Positions 29,896 to 32,000 of a stretch of DNA of 32,000 nucleotides are shown here, in pieces. Both the position numbers and the translations under genes were made by a program. The notes beneath the pieces are model-generated. The model ran no database searches, was not told the DNA's origin, and saw nothing but the letters and a program-made list of their open reading frames with translations. The stretch comes from Raphidiopsis brookii D9 (GTDB taxonomy: Bacteria; Cyanobacteriota; Cyanobacteriia; Cyanobacteriales; Nostocaceae): NCBI GenBank assembly GCA_000175855.1, contig ACYB01000029.1:60001-92000 (forward strand), written 5' to 3'. Positions within the stretch are counted from its first letter, which is position 1. Every line of letters begins with the position of its first letter.

Positions 29896-31353
29896 ATGCC
29901 TGGATCCAATTCTGTTGTTCGCCGTTATACACCCCCCACTTGTACGTTAGAAATCCTAGCAGAAAGCTCACCCTTATCTCGTTGGATGGGTCAAACTGTG
30001 GTGGGTGAGCTACGTTTTCAATTGCATTTTGATGATCCAACGTTACCAGAAGATTTGAGAATACCTATTGAGGGTAATCGGGAACAGTTGGAGGTTTTAT
30101 GTAATGCTGTAAGCAGCTACGTACAGCAACTTTTGCAAGATTCATCCGATAGGTTTGGTGTGATTTTTCGGGAATCCACACCCTCGGAATCGGAGGATCT
30201 TGGTTCTAGTGGGTCTCCAGCTTCCCCTCTATATTATAGAGATAATACGGGAGTTTTAGAGGCGACTATTTATCTAGAATTCCAGGAGAATCTAACTCAT
30301 AAACTATACCTAGGTTCCCTAGCTACCCAAAGATCTGGTCCGGTGATTGAACTGAGTCTATTACAGTTGTTTGATTTATCTAGTGCTTTGGATGAGTATT
30401 CTGCTGATATAATTGCATTACCAACTGGAGCTGAAAGGTTCATAACTTCCAAGTTACCCACATGGGCTCCTGTAGCAGCAGTGTTAACGTTGGCTTTGGG
30501 TCTAACCCCCCTCACCTGGCAATATGCTAATAATATGCGCTCGGTGCGAGTAGTTGAGCAACAAAAACCTCAAGAACCTATCCCAACCGGGGTACCTAAT
30601 ATTGGGGAACCCACTGTGAACCCGGATAACCCTGATGCTGGTGTGAAGTCACCTGATTTAGCTGACCTACCGTCTCCCAATTTTAATTTACCCAGTCCCA
30701 ACCAGGAAAATTTGGATGTTCCCAGATCGGGCACAGTCCCCCCCACTGCAACCCCTGGTACACTAAGTAAAAATACCCCAAACACACCCACCTTAAAAAC
30801 ACCTCAAATTGCAGGAGATCCTATTCTTAATAGTCCTAATAGCACCCAGGTTCCCTCTAAAATATTGGGATATCCTACAAATCCAGGGATACAAGGTACA
30901 CAAGGTATAAAACCTAGTCTTAACATACCTGCGGGAGATGTCAAGAGGTTACCGGATAGTTTACCTAATCCCAATCCTTCCCCACCACAGACACAACCAA
31001 CACTACCATTAGATACAGGAACCGCAAAACAAGACCTAACCATCATAGCTAGTGAGGAAAACAAATCTTACGATACACCCCAAGTAGCAGAAGCAGGGGA
31101 GTATCTACAAGGTAAATGGCGTCCACCCGCAGATTTTACTCAAACTCTAGAATATAGTATCACCCTGGAGGTTAATGGGACAATTCAGCGCATTTTACCT
31201 TTAAATAAAGCTGCTAGAGAATACATTGACAACACAGGTATCCCAGAAATTGGTAAACCCTTTGTTTCTAGTAATAAAGCAGGAAAAACTCTCAGAATTA
31301 GAGTTGTTTACAGTCCCGATGGCAAAGTCAAAACCTTCACAGAAACCCCATAA
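29896..31353 (+). CDS. DUF4335 domain-containing protein with a Pro/Thr/Asn-rich central linker
   Basis: 485 aa; RRYTPPTCTLEILAESSPLSRWMGQTVVGELRFQLHFDDP..., one TM segment (WAPVAAVLTLALGLTPLTW), low-complexity linker, C-terminal TonB-like domain; follows DUF3038 by 14 nt. Confidence 0.8.
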   Translation: MPGSNSVVRRYTPPTCTLEILAESSPLSRWMGQTVVGELRFQLHFDDPTLPEDLRIPIEGNREQLEVLCNAVSSYVQQLLQDSSDRFGVIFRESTPSESEDLGSSGSPASPLYYRDNTGVLEATIYLEFQENLTHKLYLGSLATQRSGPVIELSLLQLFDLSSALDEYSADIIALPTGAERFITSKLPTWAPVAAVLTLALGLTPLTWQYANNMRSVRVVEQQKPQEPIPTGVPNIGEPTVNPDNPDAGVKSPDLADLPSPNFNLPSPNQENLDVPRSGTVPPTATPGTLSKNTPNTPTLKTPQIAGDPILNSPNSTQVPSKILGYPTNPGIQGTQGIKPSLNIPAGDVKRLPDSLPNPNPSPPQTQPTLPLDTGTAKQDLTIIASEENKSYDTPQVAEAGEYLQGKWRPPADFTQTLEYSITLEVNGTIQRILPLNKAAREYIDNTGIPEIGKPFVSSNKAGKTLRIRVVYSPDGKVKTFTETP

Positions 31354-31364
31354 GACTATAATTC

Positions 31365-31994
31365 CTACTTTCTCATCTCCTCCATGGCCCCCCTGGCCAT
31401 AGCTGCGATCGCTCTATCAGTTGCTTTCGGTAGTTGATAATATTTGCCTCCCGCTGTTTTCGCTAGTTCTTTGGCAAAACCAGTTGAAACAAATTTACTT
31501 TCTGTATCTATTACCAGTAACTGCATCCCAGAAGCTCTAATCCTCCCTGCAATATCTAGCAGCTCTCCTTTAATATCTGGTTTTTCTCCTGGTTCCGGGG
31601 ACTCCCCTAGAGACCTGGAGAGTGGTATATTACCTCTACCGTCAGTAATTGCCACTATCACCACTTGTCCAATGTCTCCTCCCATTTGGGCGTTGACACC
31701 TACTCTGACCGCTTGGGTTAATCCATGGGCCAAGGGGGAACCACCTCCACAAGGTAATTTTTCCAACCGGTTTTTCGCTAAAGCAATAGACCGGGTAGGA
31801 GGTAATAACACTTCCGCTTGTTCTCCTCTAAAGGGAATTAGAGCAATTTGATCTCGGTTTTGATAGGATTCAGTTAAAAGTTGCATTACTGCTCCCTTAG
31901 CTGATTGCATTCTATTTAAAGCCATTGAACCAGACGCATCAACAACAAATACTACTAGGGCACCAGCTTTTCTCACTAACCGTTTTGTTCGCAT
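31365..31994 (-). CDS. chlD: Magnesium chelatase subunit D, C-terminal VWA domain (gene runs off the window edge)
   Basis: [63 protein letters not shown]; frame probably continues past 32000. Confidence 0.92.
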   Translation of the reverse strand: MRTKRLVRKAGALVVFVVDASGSMALNRMQSAKGAVMQLLTESYQNRDQIALIPFRGEQAEVLLPPTRSIALAKNRLEKLPCGGGSPLAHGLTQAVRVGVNAQMGGDIGQVVIVAITDGRGNIPLSRSLGESPEPGEKPDIKGELLDIAGRIRASGMQLLVIDTESKFVSTGFAKELAKTAGGKYYQLPKATDRAIAAMARGAMEEMRK

Positions 31995-32000
31995 ATCCCC

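Noticed and set aside
30297-31064. Three - strand ORFs (72, 73, 86 aa), Gly/Val/Leu-rich, inside the DUF4335 gene
   Set aside because: They are antisense shadows of the Pro/Thr/Asn-rich linker (CCN/ACN codons read as Gly/Val/Leu); no independent support.
31444-31851. 135 aa + strand ORF opposite chlD
   Set aside because: Antisense to the conserved VWA domain; codon-bias shadow.

Overview
The 32 kb window looks like a chromosomal segment of a filamentous (Nostocales-type) cyanobacterium, judged from CRR6, ChlD, a Ycf55-like DUF3685 protein, the DUF3038/DUF4335 pair and dense HIP1 octamers. Most of it is housekeeping: rplY, purA, a phytol/dolichol-kinase-like gene, pgi, a LivM-type permease, a Fur-family regulator, CRR6, a GT9 glycosyltransferase, ispD, scpB, DUF760, cyclophilin, DUF29, an AlbA_2 protein, NFACT, an RRM protein, prfC, a GNAT, a two-domain sulfurtransferase, hisC, an MnmC/MnmD-like methyltransferase, mutS2, DUF3038, DUF4335 and the C-terminal part of chlD. 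I found no tRNA, rRNA, CRISPR array, transposase or prophage. I see no clearly new multi-gene system. The strongest irregularities are: (1) a HlyD + C39-peptidase ABC exporter pair, each split by one surplus T in a poly-T run (T7 and T9), the second falling between the membrane domain and the ATPase; (2) an ORF fusing the catalytic rhodanese domain of a mercaptopyruvate-sulfurtransferase-like protein to a complete HisC-like aminotransferase, with a -1 nt frameshift just upstream; (3) another -1 nt frameshift in the adjacent MnmC-like gene; (4) a receiver domain with Glu at the expected phospho-Asp position in the DUF3685 protein; (5) palindromes upstream of the RRM gene. Sequencing or assembly indels are a serious alternative explanation for the frameshifts.
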